This document shows positions 62,744 to 64,000 of a stretch of 64,000 nucleotides of DNA, piece by piece. The position numbers were made by a program, and so were the translations under genes. The DNA is from Acidobacteriota bacterium (GTDB lineage: Bacteria; Acidobacteriota; Terriglobia; Bryobacterales; Bryobacteraceae): assembly GCA_049325215.1 (NCBI GenBank), contig JBMOMB010000045.1, positions 8,158-72,157 of the forward strand, read 5' to 3'. The stretch's first letter is position 1. Each line of letters opens with the position of its first letter. Under the pieces are notes generated by a model. That model searched no databases, had not been told where the DNA came from, and saw only the letters and a list, made by a program, of their open reading frames with translations.

Positions 62744-64000
62744 ATGCTGCCAGGGGTCTTATCCAGAGCTGGAATCCTGTGTATTCTCGCACTTGCAACG
62801 GCTGCCGCGCAGCAGCCGGTAGGGATGATCGAAGGAATCGTCAGGGACGCCACGGGGCTTGTCATCGCAACAGCAAAGGTGAAGGTGCGCCACCTGACCA
62901 CCGGGCAGGAACAGGAGCAAACCGTGACGGTGGACGGCCTGTTCCGCTTTCCGGCGCTGGCCGTGGGGGCGTATTCGGTGGAAGCGGAAGCGCCCGCCTT
63001 TGCCAGGTGGACGCGGCCGTCGGTGAATCTCAGCGTGGATCAGACGGTGCATCTGGAGATCCGCATGGAAGTGGCGGCTCAGACCGAGGTGGTCACCGTT
63101 TCGAGCGAAGACGCGGAGCAGGTGCAGACCACGTCGGTCGCTTTGGGCAGCGTGGTGCCGCAACGGCAGGCCGTGGAACTGCCGCTGAACGGGCGGAATT
63201 TTACGCAGCTCGGATTGTTGCAGCTCGGTGTTGTCCCTTTGACGTCCGGCGTCGCCACGCACGGCGGCGTGCGGAGGAGCGGTCAGGCGTACTCGGTCAA
63301 CGGCCAGCGGCCTGAGTCGAACAACTACCTGATCGACGGGGCGCGGATGGTGAATCGCGTCGACGGCGGCTTCGCCATCCGGTTGCCGGTGGATGCCATT
63401 GAAGAGTTCAAGATTCTGACGCACACGGCGGCTGCCGAGTACGGGGGCGCCAGCGGCTCGATAACGACCGTCATCACGAAGTCTGGATCGAACTCGCTGC
63501 ACGGCAGCCTGTTCGAGTTCCTGCGCAACGACGTGCTGGACGCGCGCAACACGTTCGCCCCGTCGCAGCAGCCGCTCAAACAGCATCAGTTCGGAGGCAC
63601 GCTGGGCGGACCGGTGGTGAAGAACCGGCTGTTCTACTTCGCATACTACGAAGGCTTCGAGAACCGGCAGGGGCTGACCCGCGGCTCGAGCGTTCCCGGC
63701 CTGAAGCAGCGCCGCGGCGACTTCAGCGATCTGCCGGGCGGGCTGATGGATCTGGAAGCGGGCGCGCCGTTCCCGGGAGGCGTGATTCCAGAGAGCCGCA
63801 TCCATCCGCTGGGGAGGCGCTACACGGCGTTCTATCCCGAGCCGAACGTCACGCCAACGTTCTCTTCGCGCGTGGTGATGCTGAAGAACACGACGCACCA
63901 GTGGGGCGTCAAAGGCGACTGGATGGCCACCAGCAGGGACACCGTGACGCTGCGCTACGCCTGGTCCACGTCAGACAATGTCGTGCCCATTTCCATCCTG
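62744..64000 (+). CDS. TonB-dependent receptor with carboxypeptidase-regulatory-like N-terminus (5' part; continues beyond the window)
   Basis: Not in the track because it is open at the window end. From the ATG at 62744 it reads MLPGVLSRAGILCILALATAAAQQPVGMIEGIVRDATGLVIATAKVKVRHLTTGQEQEQTVTVDGLFRFPALAVGAYSVEAEAP...ELPLNGRNFTQL...YSVNGQRPESNNYLIDG...ITTVITKSGSNSLHGSLFEFLRND. It is a paralog of 12543..15605. Confidence 0.85.
   Translation, partial: MLPGVLSRAGILCILALATAAAQQPVGMIEGIVRDATGLVIATAKVKVRHLTTGQEQEQTVTVDGLFRFPALAVGAYSVEAEAPAFARWTRPSVNLSVDQTVHLEIRMEVAAQTEVVTVSSEDAEQVQTTSVALGSVVPQRQAVELPLNGRNFTQLGLLQLGVVPLTSGVATHGGVRRSGQAYSVNGQRPESNNYLIDGARMVNRVDGGFAIRLPVDAIEEFKILTHTAAAEYGGASGSITTVITKSGSNSLHGSLFEFLRNDVLDARNTFAPSQQPLKQHQFGGTLGGPVVKNRLFYFAYYEGFENRQGLTRGSSVPGLKQRRGDFSDLPGGLMDLEAGAPFPGGVIPESRIHPLGRRYTAFYPEPNVTPTFSSRVVMLKNTTHQWGVKGDWMATSRDTVTLRYAWSTSDNVVPISIL

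Noticed and set aside
62758-62766. DnaA-box-like TTATCCAGA
   Set aside because: This is a single 8/9 match lying just inside the 5' end of the TonB-receptor coding sequence (start 62744), far from the par cluster. There is no cluster of boxes or AT-rich unwinding element, so there is no evidence for oriC in this window.
62759-63898. 379-aa minus-strand ORF (and the plus ORF 62728..63315) at the right end
   Set aside because: A third frame on the plus strand, open to the window end and therefore absent from the track, encodes an obvious TonB-dependent receptor paralog.

Overview
This is a high-G+C, densely packed bacterial chromosomal window with about 55 protein genes, 2 tRNAs, and very short or overlapping intergenic gaps. 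I recognised no rRNA, CRISPR array, transposase or integrase. The gene content suggests an Acidobacteriota-like soil bacterium, but that is inference only. It rests on CarboxypepD_reg-type TonB-dependent receptors, a MoxR-DUF58-BatA/VWA operon, a secreted amidohydrolase triplet and a Tat-exported heparinase II/III operon. The left end is the partition cluster parA <- two parS sites <- rsmG <- mnmG. It is followed mostly by housekeeping genes: purD, tRNA-Arg, dnaE, thiD, secG-tRNA-Leu, korAB, mutM, purMN, glgA, trxA, gltBD with a divergent LysR regulator, trpS, and a RumA/TrmA-type methyltransferase. The most system-like accessory element is a visibly lower-GC insert of about 1.5 kb (37.2-38.8 kb) between gltD and the heparinase operon. 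It encodes a tripartite toxin-antitoxin-chaperone (TAC) module. The parts are an MqsR-like toxin, an MqsA-like Zn-ribbon/HTH antitoxin with a C-terminal tail, and a SecB-like chaperone whose start overlaps the antitoxin stop (ATGA). An 8-2-8 palindrome abuts the toxin ribosome-binding site. Other items worth a second look:
- an amidohydrolase triplet in which only the middle paralog keeps the HxH metal motif
- a 1410-aa fused BatA/VWA/GATase-like protein behind MoxR-DUF58
- a PP2C-led operon of secreted beta-sandwich proteins
- a Zn-ribbon plus TPR gene pair facing another TPR gene
- dnaE starting 11 nt after a tRNA
- a decayed alpha/beta-hydrolase pseudogene
- a cupin-CMD gene fusion

Many long ORFs in the supplied track are antisense or GC artefacts, or N-terminally over-extended. 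I have rejected or trimmed these. All similarity statements come from reading the translations by eye and from memory of the families; no searches were run.
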